From contig CANNCP010000002.1 of assembly GCA_947503145.1 (NCBI GenBank), positions 404,367 to 468,366 of the forward strand: DNA of 64,000 bases, read 5' to 3'. Below the pieces are notes generated by a model. The model did no database searches, was not told where the DNA came from, and was given only the letters and a program-made list of their open reading frames with translations. The position numbers and the translations under genes are program-made. Of this stretch, positions 39,490-49,916 are shown piece by piece. Origin of the DNA: an uncultured Roseovarius sp. GTDB lineage: Bacteria; Pseudomonadota; Alphaproteobacteria; Rhodobacterales; Rhodobacteraceae. How positions within the stretch are numbered: position 1 is the first letter of the stretch; every line of letters begins with the position of its first letter.

Positions 39490-40815
39490 TTACGCGCGGG
39501 CGCGGATCACCTGCAGAAGCGGCAGAACCTGTGCCATTTCCGGTCCGTGCGCCTGCCCCGTCAGCGCCTTGCGCAGCGGCATGAAGAGACCGCGCCCCTT
39601 GCGCCCGGTCTTTTCCTTGACCTCGGCCGTCCAGGTGCCCCAGCTGGTTTCGTCCAGCGGCCCCTCGGGCAGCAGCGCCAGTGCCTCGGCGATAAACGCA
39701 CGATCCTCGTCGGCGATATCAGGCTCGGCCCCGTCGCGGAACATCTCCCACCAGCCCTTGAGATCGTGCAGGGTGGTGATGTTCTTGCGGGTCACCGCCC
39801 AGAACTGCGCGGCCAGATCATCCGGCACGCCGATTGCGGCAATTGTCGGTGCCACGGCGGCATGATCCAGCAATTGCAGGTAATGCGCGGTCAGCGGAAA
39901 GAGGTCGGCCTCATCGAATTTGGTTGGCGCCGATCCAAAGCGGTCGATATCAAAGCCGTCGATCAGCTCGGCCATGTCGCTGCGCAGCTCTACCGGATCA
40001 GCCGATCCCAGCCGCGCCATCAGGCTCAGCAGCGCCATCGGCTCAACGCCCTGCGCGCGCAGATCGCGCAGGCTGAGCGTGCCCAGCCGTTTGGACAGCG
40101 ATTCGCCCTGTGGTCCGGTCAACAACGAGTGATGCGCAAATGACGGCACCGCGCCACCCAGCGCCTCGATGATCTGGATCTGCGTCGCGGTGTTGGTTAC
40201 GTGGTCGGACCCGCGCACCACATGCGTCACACCCATCTCGGTGTCGTCCACCACCGACGCCAGCGTATAGAGCACCTGCCCGTCGCCGCGGATCAGCACC
40301 GGGTCGCTGACCGACGCGGCATCTATGCTGATGTTTCCCAGCACGCCGTCTGTCCACTCGATCCGTTCCTGATGCAGCTTGAATCGCCACACCCCCGGCC
40401 CGCGCTCGGTGCGCAGCGCGTCCTTCTCAGCCTCGCCCAGCACCAGCGCGGCGCGGTCATAGACCGGCGGGCGGCCCATGTTCAGTTGCTTCTTGCGCTT
40501 CAGATCCAGCTCGGTCGGCGTCTCGAATGCCTCGTAGAACCGTCCCATTTCGCGCAGCCGTTCGGCAGCCGCATGATAGCGATCCAGCCGCAACGATTGC
40601 CGCTCTACCCGGTCCCAGGTCAGGCCCAGCCACTCCAGATCCTCCTTCAGCGCATCGACATATGTCTCCTTGCTGCGCTCGGGGTCGGTATCGTCGACCC
40701 GCAGGATGAAGGTGCCGCCTGCCTTGCGCGCGATCAGGTAGTTCATCAGCGCGGTGCGTAGATTGCCGACATGGATGTATCCGGTGGGCGATGGGGCAAA
40801 TCGGGTGATGGTCAT
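39490..40815 (-). CDS. gltX: Glutamate--tRNA ligase
   Basis: TRFAPSPTG, HIGH-like HVGN, LRVDDTD, RGSDH, KMSKS-like SLSKR. Confidence 0.93.
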   Translation of the reverse strand: MTITRFAPSPTGYIHVGNLRTALMNYLIARKAGGTFILRVDDTDPERSKETYVDALKEDLEWLGLTWDRVERQSLRLDRYHAAAERLREMGRFYEAFETPTELDLKRKKQLNMGRPPVYDRAALVLGEAEKDALRTERGPGVWRFKLHQERIEWTDGVLGNISIDAASVSDPVLIRGDGQVLYTLASVVDDTEMGVTHVVRGSDHVTNTATQIQIIEALGGAVPSFAHHSLLTGPQGESLSKRLGTLSLRDLRAQGVEPMALLSLMARLGSADPVELRSDMAELIDGFDIDRFGSAPTKFDEADLFPLTAHYLQLLDHAAVAPTIAAIGVPDDLAAQFWAVTRKNITTLHDLKGWWEMFRDGAEPDIADEDRAFIAEALALLPEGPLDETSWGTWTAEVKEKTGRKGRGLFMPLRKALTGQAHGPEMAQVLPLLQVIRARA

Positions 40816-40936
40816 ATGCGGCGCTCCTGAAGTCGAGCGGGATGTGTCACAGCCACGCCCGGTTGTCCAGTTTTCAGCCTGCGGCCCGATTGCGCCAGGC
40901 CTTCCCTTCGTCGCGCGGTCACGCCATATCTGCCGT

Positions 40937-41332
40937 ATGGACCCCAGCGGCGCAGATCTGACCCGTATCGAGACCATTGCCCGTGACACCATCGCGGCGC
41001 TGCCTGCCGCATTCCGCACCGCCGCAGCCCAGGTGCTGCTGCGAATCGAGGCATGGCCCAGCCCGCAAATGCTGCACGATCTGGACATCGACGATCCTGC
41101 CGATCTGACCGGCCTTTACGAGGGTGTCCCGATGACGGAAAAATCCGTCTCTTTCCCGGCTCCGTTCCCGGATACCGTCTGGCTCTTTGCCGGGCCGATC
41201 CTGACCGAACTGGATGAACGCAACGGTGTCACACTTGCCGAACTGGTCGCCCATGTAACGGTGCATGAATTCGCGCATCATTTCGGCTGGTCGGACCACG
41301 ACATCAGCGCAATCGACCGCTGGTGGGAATGA
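40937..41332 (+). CDS. Zincin-like metallopeptidase (DUF1025/Zincin_1)
   Basis: LTGLYEGVP, VTVHEFAHHFG. Confidence 0.85.
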   Translation: MDPSGADLTRIETIARDTIAALPAAFRTAAAQVLLRIEAWPSPQMLHDLDIDDPADLTGLYEGVPMTEKSVSFPAPFPDTVWLFAGPILTELDERNGVTLAELVAHVTVHEFAHHFGWSDHDISAIDRWWE

Positions 41333-41362
41333 TCCGGCCCGCAGCGATCTTTGGCGAAAGAT

Positions 41363-43030
41363 CTAGGCCGTCCCGTCGTCATCGCGCCACCGGTTCACGA
41401 TGGGATAGCGCCGGTCAAGCCAGAACGCCTTTTTACTCAGGCGTGTGCCTGGCGCGGACTGAAAGCGTTTGTATTCGCTGATATAGATCAGATGCTCGAC
41501 CCGTTTCACATCCGCCCGGTCAAACCCGGCGGCGACGCAATCGGCGACGCTGCCATCCTCGTCCACCAGAATGTGCAGGATACCGTCCAGCACCGGATAA
41601 TCGGGCAGTGAATCGCTGTCTTTCTGATCCGCCCGCAGTTCCGCCGAGGGTGGCTTGTCGATCACCCGCTCGGGGATCACCCCGCCGCTCGGGCCCATCA
41701 TCCAGTCACGGTGGTTGGCGTTGCGCCAGCGGCAGGTCTCGAACACGCGGGTCTTGTACATGTCCTTGATCGGGTTGTAGCCGCCCGCCATGTCGCCATA
41801 GATCGTGGCATAGCCGACCGCGATTTCGGACTTGTTGCCGGTGGTCAGCAGCATCTCGCCGAACTTGTTGCTCAGCGCCATCAGCAGCAAACCGCGCAGG
41901 CGCGACTGGATGTTTTCCTCGGTTACGTCCGGTTCGGTGCCCTCGAACAGCGGCGCAAGTGTGTCGGTAATTGCGCGCCGACCCTCCTTGATCGGGACAA
42001 AATCGTAACGGCATCCGAGGTTTTGCGCGACCTCTTTGGCATCATCCAGCGAAGCCTGCGACGTGTATTCCGACGGCAGCATCACGCAGCGGACGTTTTC
42101 CGCCCCCAGCGCATCGACGGCGATGGTGGCAACAATCACCGAATCGATTCCCCCCGACAGGCCAAGCACTGCCTTCTTGAATCCCGTCTTGCGAAAGTAG
42201 TCGCGCAGGCTGAGGACCATCGCGTGATAGTCCTGCTCCAGGGTCTCGGGCATATGGGCCAGCGCACCTTGTTCCGCGCGCCAGCCATCCGGGCCGCGCA
42301 CCAGGTCGAGATGCGCGATGGCCTCCTCGAAGACCGGCATTTGCAGCGCCAGCGCGCCGCCGGGATTCAGAACGAAACTGCCCCCGTCGAACACCTGATC
42401 GTCCTGCCCGCCTACCAGATTGAGGTAGATCAGCGGCAGCCCGGTCTCGACCACGCGGGCCACCATAAATGTCTGCCGCACACCCATCTTGTCGCGGTAA
42501 TAGGGAGATCCGTTGGGCACCAGCAGGAATTCGGCGCCGGTTTCCTCCAGCGTTTCGGCGACATCGTCGCACCAGGCATCCTCGCAGATGGGGCTGCCAA
42601 TGCGTATGTCGCCCACGACATAAGGCCCATCCACTTCGGCAGCGTCGTAAAGGCGCACTTCGTCGAACACGGCCTCGTTGGGCAGATGATGCTTGAACAC
42701 CGTCGCGCTGACGGTGCCCTGCCTGAGCACATAATAGGCGTTGTGCAGGCTGGCGCCGTTCACCGCTGGGCCGCCGATCGCGATGGCCGGACCATCTGCG
42801 CAATCCGCAGCCAATTGGTGGATCGCGGCGATCGCGGCCTGATGGAACGCCGGCTTCATCACCAGGTCCTGGGTGTTGTAGCCGGTGATGAACATCTCGG
42901 GCAGCGCAAGCATGTCGGCTCCTGCTGCGACAGCCTTCTCCCATGCGCCCCGCGCCAGTGCGGCGTTGCCCGCGATATCACCCACGGTGGGGTTCAGTTG
43001 CGCAAGCGTGAGGCGAAACCGGTCGGCCAT
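41363..43030 (-). CDS. nadE: Glutamine-dependent NAD+ synthetase
   Basis: Nitrilase-fold N-domain (LPEM, FKHHLPN, ICED); GLSGGIDS, ENIQSR, TGNKSE, PPSAEL. Confidence 0.94.
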   Translation of the reverse strand: MADRFRLTLAQLNPTVGDIAGNAALARGAWEKAVAAGADMLALPEMFITGYNTQDLVMKPAFHQAAIAAIHQLAADCADGPAIAIGGPAVNGASLHNAYYVLRQGTVSATVFKHHLPNEAVFDEVRLYDAAEVDGPYVVGDIRIGSPICEDAWCDDVAETLEETGAEFLLVPNGSPYYRDKMGVRQTFMVARVVETGLPLIYLNLVGGQDDQVFDGGSFVLNPGGALALQMPVFEEAIAHLDLVRGPDGWRAEQGALAHMPETLEQDYHAMVLSLRDYFRKTGFKKAVLGLSGGIDSVIVATIAVDALGAENVRCVMLPSEYTSQASLDDAKEVAQNLGCRYDFVPIKEGRRAITDTLAPLFEGTEPDVTEENIQSRLRGLLLMALSNKFGEMLLTTGNKSEIAVGYATIYGDMAGGYNPIKDMYKTRVFETCRWRNANHRDWMMGPSGGVIPERVIDKPPSAELRADQKDSDSLPDYPVLDGILHILVDEDGSVADCVAAGFDRADVKRVEHLIYISEYKRFQSAPGTRLSKKAFWLDRRYPIVNRWRDDDGTA

Positions 43031-43209
43031 GATGCTGCCTTTCGTGATCGTTGGAAGGGATGATTTAGCAGAACGGTGCGCAAGGGAAAGCCGAATTGAG
43101 CAAAAGCCGTTGTCACTTTGGCACGTGTCCACTAGATTTCCAGCACCCTCGCGGGACAACGCGTGAACATTTGGCATCTGCGGGCATTTGCAGGCATCGG
43201 GGCGACGGC

Positions 43210-44679
43210 ATGGTATTCACATGGGCGAAACGGATTGTTCTGGGCGCGGCTTTGTGTCTGGCGGGACTGGCAGCGGCACAAGATGGCGATGTCCAGATCA
43301 AGCAATATGACGATGGCGGCGTCTACGAGGGCAGTTTCCGGGATGGGCTGCAGCACGGCACGGGCACCTATACGTTGCCCAATGGCTATGAATATATCGG
43401 CCAGTGGGTCGATGGCGAGATTAAGGGTCAGGGCGTCGCGCGTTTTCCCAACGGGTCGATCTACGAAGGCGAGTTTGCCGAGGGCAAACCCAATGGCGTG
43501 GGCAAGATCGTCTTTACCGATGGCGGCACCTACGAGGGCACCTGGAAGGCGGGCAAGATCACCGGCCGCGGCGTTGCGGTCTACGCCAACGGCGTGCGCT
43601 ACGAGGGCGAGTTTCTGAATGCGATGCATCACGGGCACGGCACGATGGAGTCGCCGGGCGGCTACATTTATGACGGCACCTGGGTCAACGGCATCAAGGA
43701 CGGGCGCGCCGAGATCACCTATCCCGATGGCGCGGTCTACGACGGCCAGGTGCTGCGCGGTGCGCGGCACGGTCAGGGGATGCTCACGATGCCCGACGGG
43801 CTGATCTATGCCGGCCTTTGGAAAGACGGCCAGATTGACGGCAAGGGCAAGCTGACGCAGCCCAACGGCGATGTCTATGAAGGCGCGCTGGTCAGCGGCC
43901 GACGCGAGGGGACGGGCCGCGTGACCTATGCCAATGGCGACATCTACGAGGGCATGTTCCAGGATGACAAGCGCCACGGACAGGGCACGTTCACCGGCAC
44001 CGATGGCTATGTCTACGAAGGCAGCTGGAGCGAGGGCCAGATCGCGGGCACCGGCAAGGTCACCTATCCCGACAACTCGGTTTACGAGGGCGAGTTTCGC
44101 GACGATCTGCACAATGGCGAGGGCAAGATCACCTACCCCGACGGCTCCACCTACGAGGGCGACTGGGTCGATGGGGTGATCGACGGTCAGGGGCGTGCGA
44201 CCTATCCCAACGGCCTCGTCTACGAGGGCGGTTTCAAATCGGCGCGTAATCACGGGCAGGGAATCATGACCTATGCCGACGGCTACCGCTATGAAGGCGA
44301 CTGGGTCGAAGGTCAGCGCCAGGGCGAAGGCACCGCCACCTATCCTGATGGCACCATCTATGTGGGCGCGTTCGAGGACGGCCAGCGCCACGGCACCGGC
44401 AAGATCGTGATGCCGGACGGCTTTACCTACGAAGGCGACTGGAATGAGGGAGAGATCAGCGGCCAGGGGATCGCGACCTACGCCAATGGTGATGTCTACG
44501 AAGGCACGTTCAAGAACGGCAAGCGCCAGGGTTCGGGCACCATGCGCTATACGGGGGGCGGTCAGGCCACGGGCGAATGGCTGAACGGCGCGCTCAAGTC
44601 CGATTCCGCCGTGATCACCGGTGTCGAAAGCGTCGAGGATGCCGATGCTGCCCCGGCAGAGACAGCGCCGGCCGAATAA
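43210..44679 (+). CDS. Secreted MORN-repeat protein
   Basis: Signal peptide, then 18 complete and 1 partial 23-aa YxGxW/F...GxG repeats (hand count). Confidence 0.92.
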   Translation: MVFTWAKRIVLGAALCLAGLAAAQDGDVQIKQYDDGGVYEGSFRDGLQHGTGTYTLPNGYEYIGQWVDGEIKGQGVARFPNGSIYEGEFAEGKPNGVGKIVFTDGGTYEGTWKAGKITGRGVAVYANGVRYEGEFLNAMHHGHGTMESPGGYIYDGTWVNGIKDGRAEITYPDGAVYDGQVLRGARHGQGMLTMPDGLIYAGLWKDGQIDGKGKLTQPNGDVYEGALVSGRREGTGRVTYANGDIYEGMFQDDKRHGQGTFTGTDGYVYEGSWSEGQIAGTGKVTYPDNSVYEGEFRDDLHNGEGKITYPDGSTYEGDWVDGVIDGQGRATYPNGLVYEGGFKSARNHGQGIMTYADGYRYEGDWVEGQRQGEGTATYPDGTIYVGAFEDGQRHGTGKIVMPDGFTYEGDWNEGEISGQGIATYANGDVYEGTFKNGKRQGSGTMRYTGGGQATGEWLNGALKSDSAVITGVESVEDADAAPAETAPAE

Positions 44680-44781
44680 CAGCCCCGAAAGGCCCGCATC
44701 TGCCGGAGACGGCGCCCTGTGCCGCCGGTCCTTGGGCGGGGGGGGTGGTGCCCGACGCGCCCCGGTCGGAAAGGATACGAG

Positions 44782-45690
44782 ATGGGACATGGACATCATC
44801 ACGTGGACCCGAGCGCGGGCGACAAGCGCGTCGCCCTGGCCATTCTGGTCAATCTCGGGCTCACCGTCGCGCAGATCGTCGGCGGCATCATGGCCGGCAG
44901 TCTGGCCCTGATCGCGGATGCGCTGCATAATTTCTCGGATGCCATATCGCTGATCATCGCCTTTGCCGCGCGCAAGATCGCCCGCCGCCCGGCAGACGCG
45001 GCCATGACCTTTGGCTATGGCCGGGCCGAGATTGTCGCGGCATTGATCAACTACACGACGCTCATCCTGATCGGCCTCTATCTGGCCTATGAGGCCGTGC
45101 TGCGCTTTGCCGACCCGCAACCGGTGGATGGCTGGCTGGTGGTCATCATCGCAGGCATCGCACTGACGGTCGATCTGGTTACGGCGGCGCTGACCTATAC
45201 GCTGTCAAAATCAAGCGTGAACATCCGCGCCGCGTTTCTGCACAATGTCGCCGACGCGCTCGGCTCGGTGGCGGTGATCATCGCAGGTGTCGCGATCCTG
45301 CTCTATGACTGGCGGCTGGTCGATCCGCTGGTGACACTCCTGATCGCGGGCTACATCCTGTGGCAGTCCTTTCACGAGATCGGCGGCGTCATTCGCATTC
45401 TCATGCTCGGCAGTCCGCCGGATATGGATATCAACGCAGTCGCCGCCGCATTGCGGGACATCGACGGCGTCGCGAGCGTTCACCATCTGCACCTGTGGCA
45501 GATGCAGGAACACACCGTCGCCCTGCAGGCGCATGTGGTCATTGACGCCGGGCGCTGGTCCGATGCGGATGCCATCAAGGCCAGGATCAAGACGCTCTGC
45601 GCCGAAAAGCTGGGGATTGCCCATGCCACGCTCGAACTGGAATGTGCTGCACATGCCTGCGCGGACAACGACATGATCGAGCAGAGCTGA
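44782..45690 (+). CDS. Cation diffusion facilitator (CzcD/ZitB-like)
   Basis: His-rich N-terminus MGHGHHH, ADALHNFSD, FLHNVADA, HHLHLW. Confidence 0.9.
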   Translation: MGHGHHHVDPSAGDKRVALAILVNLGLTVAQIVGGIMAGSLALIADALHNFSDAISLIIAFAARKIARRPADAAMTFGYGRAEIVAALINYTTLILIGLYLAYEAVLRFADPQPVDGWLVVIIAGIALTVDLVTAALTYTLSKSSVNIRAAFLHNVADALGSVAVIIAGVAILLYDWRLVDPLVTLLIAGYILWQSFHEIGGVIRILMLGSPPDMDINAVAAALRDIDGVASVHHLHLWQMQEHTVALQAHVVIDAGRWSDADAIKARIKTLCAEKLGIAHATLELECAAHACADNDMIEQS

Positions 45691-45741
45691 CACGCGATTC
45701 CGGTCTTTTCATTCTTTTTCGCCGCGCCTATGGTGGCAGGC

Positions 45742-45831
45742 ATGAAAACCGACGGGCATATCACGATGATCGCGGACCGCATTGACGGTGCCCGCCGCCA
45801 TGTCCGACTGCTAGACCTAAGCCGCCTCTGA
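45742..45831 (+). promoter_or_regulatory. leuA leader peptide (translation-coupled attenuator)
   Basis: ORF MKTDGHITMIADRIDGARRHVRLLDLSRL* ending CTG CTA GAC CTA AGC CGC CTC TGA; overlapped by a 10-bp hairpin at 45825-45860. Confidence 0.75.
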
Positions 45832-45913
45832 GCGTGCCCTCCGGCGCGCCCGCTCAGAGGATGTGCCCGCGCGCGCCATATGGCTCAGGATTTTCAGAAC
45901 AAAGAGACCCGAT

Positions 45914-47524
45914 ATGAATACCACGGACAAGAACCGCATTTCGCCAAAGGCGAATGAAAACGTGTCGCCAAAGGCGGAAAAAGACCGCGTTGTGATCTTT
46001 GACACGACATTGCGCGATGGCGAACAATCGCCCGGCGCGACCATGACCCACGCCGAAAAGCTGGAGATCGCCGGCCTTCTGGACGAGATGGGCGTCGATA
46101 TCATCGAGGCAGGATTTCCCATTGCCTCTCAGGGTGATTTCAACGCGGTGAGCGAGATCGGCAAAAACGCGCAAAACGCGGTGATCTGTGGTCTGGCGCG
46201 CGCACAGTTCAAGGATATCGACCGCTGCTGGGAGGCCGTGAAGCACGCCCGCCGCCCGCGCATCCACACCTTTATCGGCACCTCGCCGCTGCACCGCGCC
46301 ATTCCGAACCTCACCAGGGATGAAATGGCCGAACGCATCCACGAGACCGTGAGCCATGCCCGCAACCTTTGCGATAACGTGCAGTGGTCGCCGATGGACG
46401 CCACGCGCACCGAATGGGATTATCTGTGCCGTGTCGTCGAGATCGCAATCAAGGCTGGTGCCAGCACGATCAACATCCCAGATACCGTCGGATATACCGC
46501 CCCGGTCGAGAGCGCCGCCCTGATCCGCCGCCTGATTGCCGAAGTGCCGGGCGCGCAGGATGTGGTCTTTGCCACCCATTGTCACAACGATCTGGGCATG
46601 GCGACCGCCAACAGCCTGGCCGCTGTCGAGGGCGGTGCACGGCAGATCGAATGCACCATCAACGGGCTGGGCGAACGCGCCGGCAACACCGCCCTCGAAG
46701 AGGTGGTGATGGCAATGAAGGTACGCGGCGACATCATGCCCTACGCCACCGGTATCGACACCCGAAAGATCATGAACATCTCGCGCCGCGTGGCGACGGT
46801 CAGCGGCTTTGCCGTGCAGTTCAACAAGGCGATCGTGGGCAAGAACGCCTTTGCCCACGAATCCGGCATCCACCAGGACGGCATGCTCAAGAATTCCGAG
46901 ACGTTCGAGATCATGCGCCCGGAGGATGTGGGGCTCGCGGGCACGTCGCTGCCGCTGGGCAAGCATTCGGGCCGCGCCGCCCTGCGCGCCAAGCTCAGTG
47001 AACTCGGGATCACGGCCGGAGACAATCAGCTCAAGGATTTATTCGTGCGGTTCAAGGATCTTGCCGATCGCAAGAAAGAAGTCTTTGACGACGACATCCT
47101 CGCGCTGATCAGCACCTCCGGCGAAGGCGAGGAGCATCTGGAGCTGATCAATCTCAAGGTCATCTGTGGCACCGCCCCCGCCGAGGCCGCGCTGGAAATG
47201 GAAGTCGGCGGGATCGAGAAATCTGCGGCCTGCCACGGCGACGGCCCCGTCGACGCCACGTTCAAGGCGGTGCGCATGATCTACCCCAACGACGCGCGCC
47301 TGCAGCTCTATCAGGTGAACGCCGTCACCGAGGGCACCGACGCCCAGGCTACCGTCAGCGTGCGGCTGGAAGAGGACGGGCTGATCGCTACCGGGCAATC
47401 CGCCGACACCGATACGGTCGTCGCCTCGGCGCTGGCCTATATCAACGCGCTCAACCGGCTGCGCGTGCGCCGTGAGAAATCAGGCGGCGATACACCAGAG
47501 GTCAGCTACAAGGACCTTACCTGA
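45914..47524 (+). CDS. leuA: 2-isopropylmalate synthase
   Basis: [37 protein letters not shown]-terminal regulatory domain. Confidence 0.96.
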   Translation: MNTTDKNRISPKANENVSPKAEKDRVVIFDTTLRDGEQSPGATMTHAEKLEIAGLLDEMGVDIIEAGFPIASQGDFNAVSEIGKNAQNAVICGLARAQFKDIDRCWEAVKHARRPRIHTFIGTSPLHRAIPNLTRDEMAERIHETVSHARNLCDNVQWSPMDATRTEWDYLCRVVEIAIKAGASTINIPDTVGYTAPVESAALIRRLIAEVPGAQDVVFATHCHNDLGMATANSLAAVEGGARQIECTINGLGERAGNTALEEVVMAMKVRGDIMPYATGIDTRKIMNISRRVATVSGFAVQFNKAIVGKNAFAHESGIHQDGMLKNSETFEIMRPEDVGLAGTSLPLGKHSGRAALRAKLSELGITAGDNQLKDLFVRFKDLADRKKEVFDDDILALISTSGEGEEHLELINLKVICGTAPAEAALEMEVGGIEKSAACHGDGPVDATFKAVRMIYPNDARLQLYQVNAVTEGTDAQATVSVRLEEDGLIATGQSADTDTVVASALAYINALNRLRVRREKSGGDTPEVSYKDLT

Positions 47525-47801
47525 ACCGACCCGGCCCCGGGATCACGCAACCGTGTTACCGGGGCCGAAGCTTTTGCTGTTCCCATCCTTGTGGGTCAGC
47601 GTGATCATCCCCGATACGGACAGTCATCATCTCATGGGCCGGGCTGGCTGCTCTTATTGTCGGTCGCAAGATGCGTGCGGTTCAGCTCTGTCCGGTCTTC
47701 GGTGGTGAATGCTTCGGGCATGTTGACAGCAGACGCCCCCATCACTGGATTGGGGTCAATGCCAGAACGGCTTGGGTCATGTCGCCCTCCTGACTGTGGA
47801 C

Positions 47802-49685
47802 TCAATCCGCCCATTCCCAGGGCCGCACGAACTGCCCCAGCACCTTGGAGACGGCAGCATCCGTGACCTCGCCGGTCTTTTCCAATCGCGCCACCAGGCC
47901 GCGCTTCTTGTCATCGATGACCTCGCTCACCTGCGTTGCAACCCCTGCCTTTTCCAGCGCGGCGTTGTAGACGCGGGCGATCGCGCGCTTGCGCAGGTCG
48001 GGCTTGAACACCTTGCCCACGGCAGTTTTCGGCAGCTCATCCAGCACCTCGATATATTTGGGCTGCGCGGCGCGCTCGTACACGTGTTCCTTGCAATAGT
48101 CGCGCAGCGCCTCGCCGGTCACGCTGGCGCCATTGACCAGTTCCACATAGGCGCACGGCATCTCGCCGGTATGTGCATCGGGCTGACCAATCGCGCCTGC
48201 CATCGCCACTGCCGGATGCCCCATCAGCGCCTCTTCGATCTCGGCCGGGTCTATATTGTGCCCGCCCCGGATGATCAGGTCCTTGGCCCGCCCGGTGATC
48301 CACAAATATCCATCCGCATCGACCCGGCCCAGATCGCCGGTGCGCAGGAACTTGTCCTGGTGATAAAGATCGGCGTTCTTGGCCGCTTCGGTATAGGTGT
48401 GGCCCGGATAGACACCCGGATTGTCGATGCATATCTCGCCGACCTCATCCGGTCCGCATTCCACGTGACCCTGTTCGGTCAGCCTGAAGATCTTGACGGT
48501 AGTATAAGGCAGCGGCACGCCGACCGAGCCGACCTTCTTGGTCCCGGCGGGCGGATTGCACGACACCAGGCACGTGGCCTCGGTCAGCCCGTAGCCTTCG
48601 ATCACGGTCATGCCGGTCGCGCCCTCGAACCGGTTGAACAGTTCCAGCGGCATCGGCGCCGAGCCGGAAAACGCGTTCTTGACGGTCGAGAGGTCCGCAT
48701 CCACCTTGCGCTGCATCAGCGCCGAAACAGCGGTCGGCACGGTGATGACAAAGCTGATCTTCCAGCGCTCGCAGAGCTTCCAGAAATTGTCGAACACGCC
48801 GTCGCCGCGATAGCCGGCAGGTGTCGGAAAAACCACGTGTGCGCCGGATTTGATCATCGCCATCAGGATCACATGACACGCAAACACGTGGAACAATGGC
48901 AACGGGCACATGATCACGTCATGCTGATTAAACAGCAGCCGGTGCCCCAGCCAGCCGTTATAGATCATCCCCGAATAGCGATGCTGCGCCACTTTCGGCA
49001 TGCCGGTCGTGCCCCCGGTGTGAAAATAGGCACCAACCCGGTCCTTCCCGCCATCCTCAAAGTTCAGGTGTCTGCTCTGACTGGCGGCTTCCTTGACGAA
49101 ATCCTTCACATCCGCGTGATGCCTGGTCGGCATTCCGGGGCGCAGAAACGGGACCAGCCAGCGCTTTGGCGGCGTGAGATAGCGGTTGAGGTCTATCTCC
49201 AGCACCGTCCTGACGTTTGGCGCGTCACTGACCGCCAGGGCCGTCTTCTGCGCGATGTCGGTCTTGGGAAAGGCCTTGAGCGTGACCACGACCCTGGCCC
49301 CAGTCTCGCGCAGGATCGAACTGATCTGTTCCGGCTCCAGCAGCGGATTGATCGGGGTGACGATGCCCGCAACCATCCCGCCGATCAATGCGGTCGCGGT
49401 CTCCATGCAGTTGGGCAGCACCAGCGCCACCACGTCCGTCTCGCCAATGCCGAGACTGCGGAACAGATTAGCAGCCTGGCAGACCTGATCGCGATACTCT
49501 GACCAGTTGAGCGTCTCTGCCTTGTCGGCAGCGCCGGAAAAAAACTGATAGCTGATCGCAGGCCGGTCAGGGAACGTCGTGGCGGCTTCTTGCAGCATCT
49601 GCATCAGCGTCTCGGGCCGCTCGCGCGCCTCCCACGGCATTTCGTTCTGAATATCCAGCACATCCTGCAGCACAGCAAAACTCAT
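47802..49685 (-). CDS. Acyl-CoA synthetase (AMP-forming)
   Basis: YFHTGGTTGMPK, EGYGLTEAT, LRTGDLG, GRAKDLIIRGGHNI, LPKTAVGK. Confidence 0.92.
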   Translation of the reverse strand: MSFAVLQDVLDIQNEMPWEARERPETLMQMLQEAATTFPDRPAISYQFFSGAADKAETLNWSEYRDQVCQAANLFRSLGIGETDVVALVLPNCMETATALIGGMVAGIVTPINPLLEPEQISSILRETGARVVVTLKAFPKTDIAQKTALAVSDAPNVRTVLEIDLNRYLTPPKRWLVPFLRPGMPTRHHADVKDFVKEAASQSRHLNFEDGGKDRVGAYFHTGGTTGMPKVAQHRYSGMIYNGWLGHRLLFNQHDVIMCPLPLFHVFACHVILMAMIKSGAHVVFPTPAGYRGDGVFDNFWKLCERWKISFVITVPTAVSALMQRKVDADLSTVKNAFSGSAPMPLELFNRFEGATGMTVIEGYGLTEATCLVSCNPPAGTKKVGSVGVPLPYTTVKIFRLTEQGHVECGPDEVGEICIDNPGVYPGHTYTEAAKNADLYHQDKFLRTGDLGRVDADGYLWITGRAKDLIIRGGHNIDPAEIEEALMGHPAVAMAGAIGQPDAHTGEMPCAYVELVNGASVTGEALRDYCKEHVYERAAQPKYIEVLDELPKTAVGKVFKPDLRKRAIARVYNAALEKAGVATQVSEVIDDKKRGLVARLEKTGEVTDAAVSKVLGQFVRPWEWAD

Positions 49686-49845
49686 GGCCCGTTCTCCCAA
49701 AGTGCGCGCCGCTCCCCTGGCACGTGACATCATACTTTCCGCAGAATGGGTGCCCACGCAGGAATGCGCAAGTTTACACTGCGTTTGCCCCGTGTGCTCG
49801 GGCGATAAGATCGCAAACCTGCGGGCAGGTTCCTTCACATTTAGA

Positions 49846-49895
49846 CTTGACTATTTTAGTCAGAATATTCACGAATGCCTGATAGATTCAGTCAG
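49846..49895. promoter_or_regulatory. Two iron-box-like palindromes (Iron-Rhodo-box type)
   Basis: CTTGACTATTTTAGTCAG at 49846-49863 and CTGATAGATTCAGTCAG at 49879-49895, just upstream of an Fe3+-binding protein gene. Confidence 0.65.
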
Positions 49896-49916
49896 ACAAA
49901 AAGGAAAGGCCTTCTG

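Noticed and set aside
43210-44679. Nucleotide tandem repeat or mobile element in the 69-bp periodic region
   Set aside because: The periodicity is fully explained by diverged in-frame MORN repeats.
45941-45976. TCGCCAAAGGCG repeated 24 nt apart at the leuA N-terminus
   Set aside because: It is a small in-frame duplication (SPKA twice) in a variable N-terminal extension, with no sign of function.
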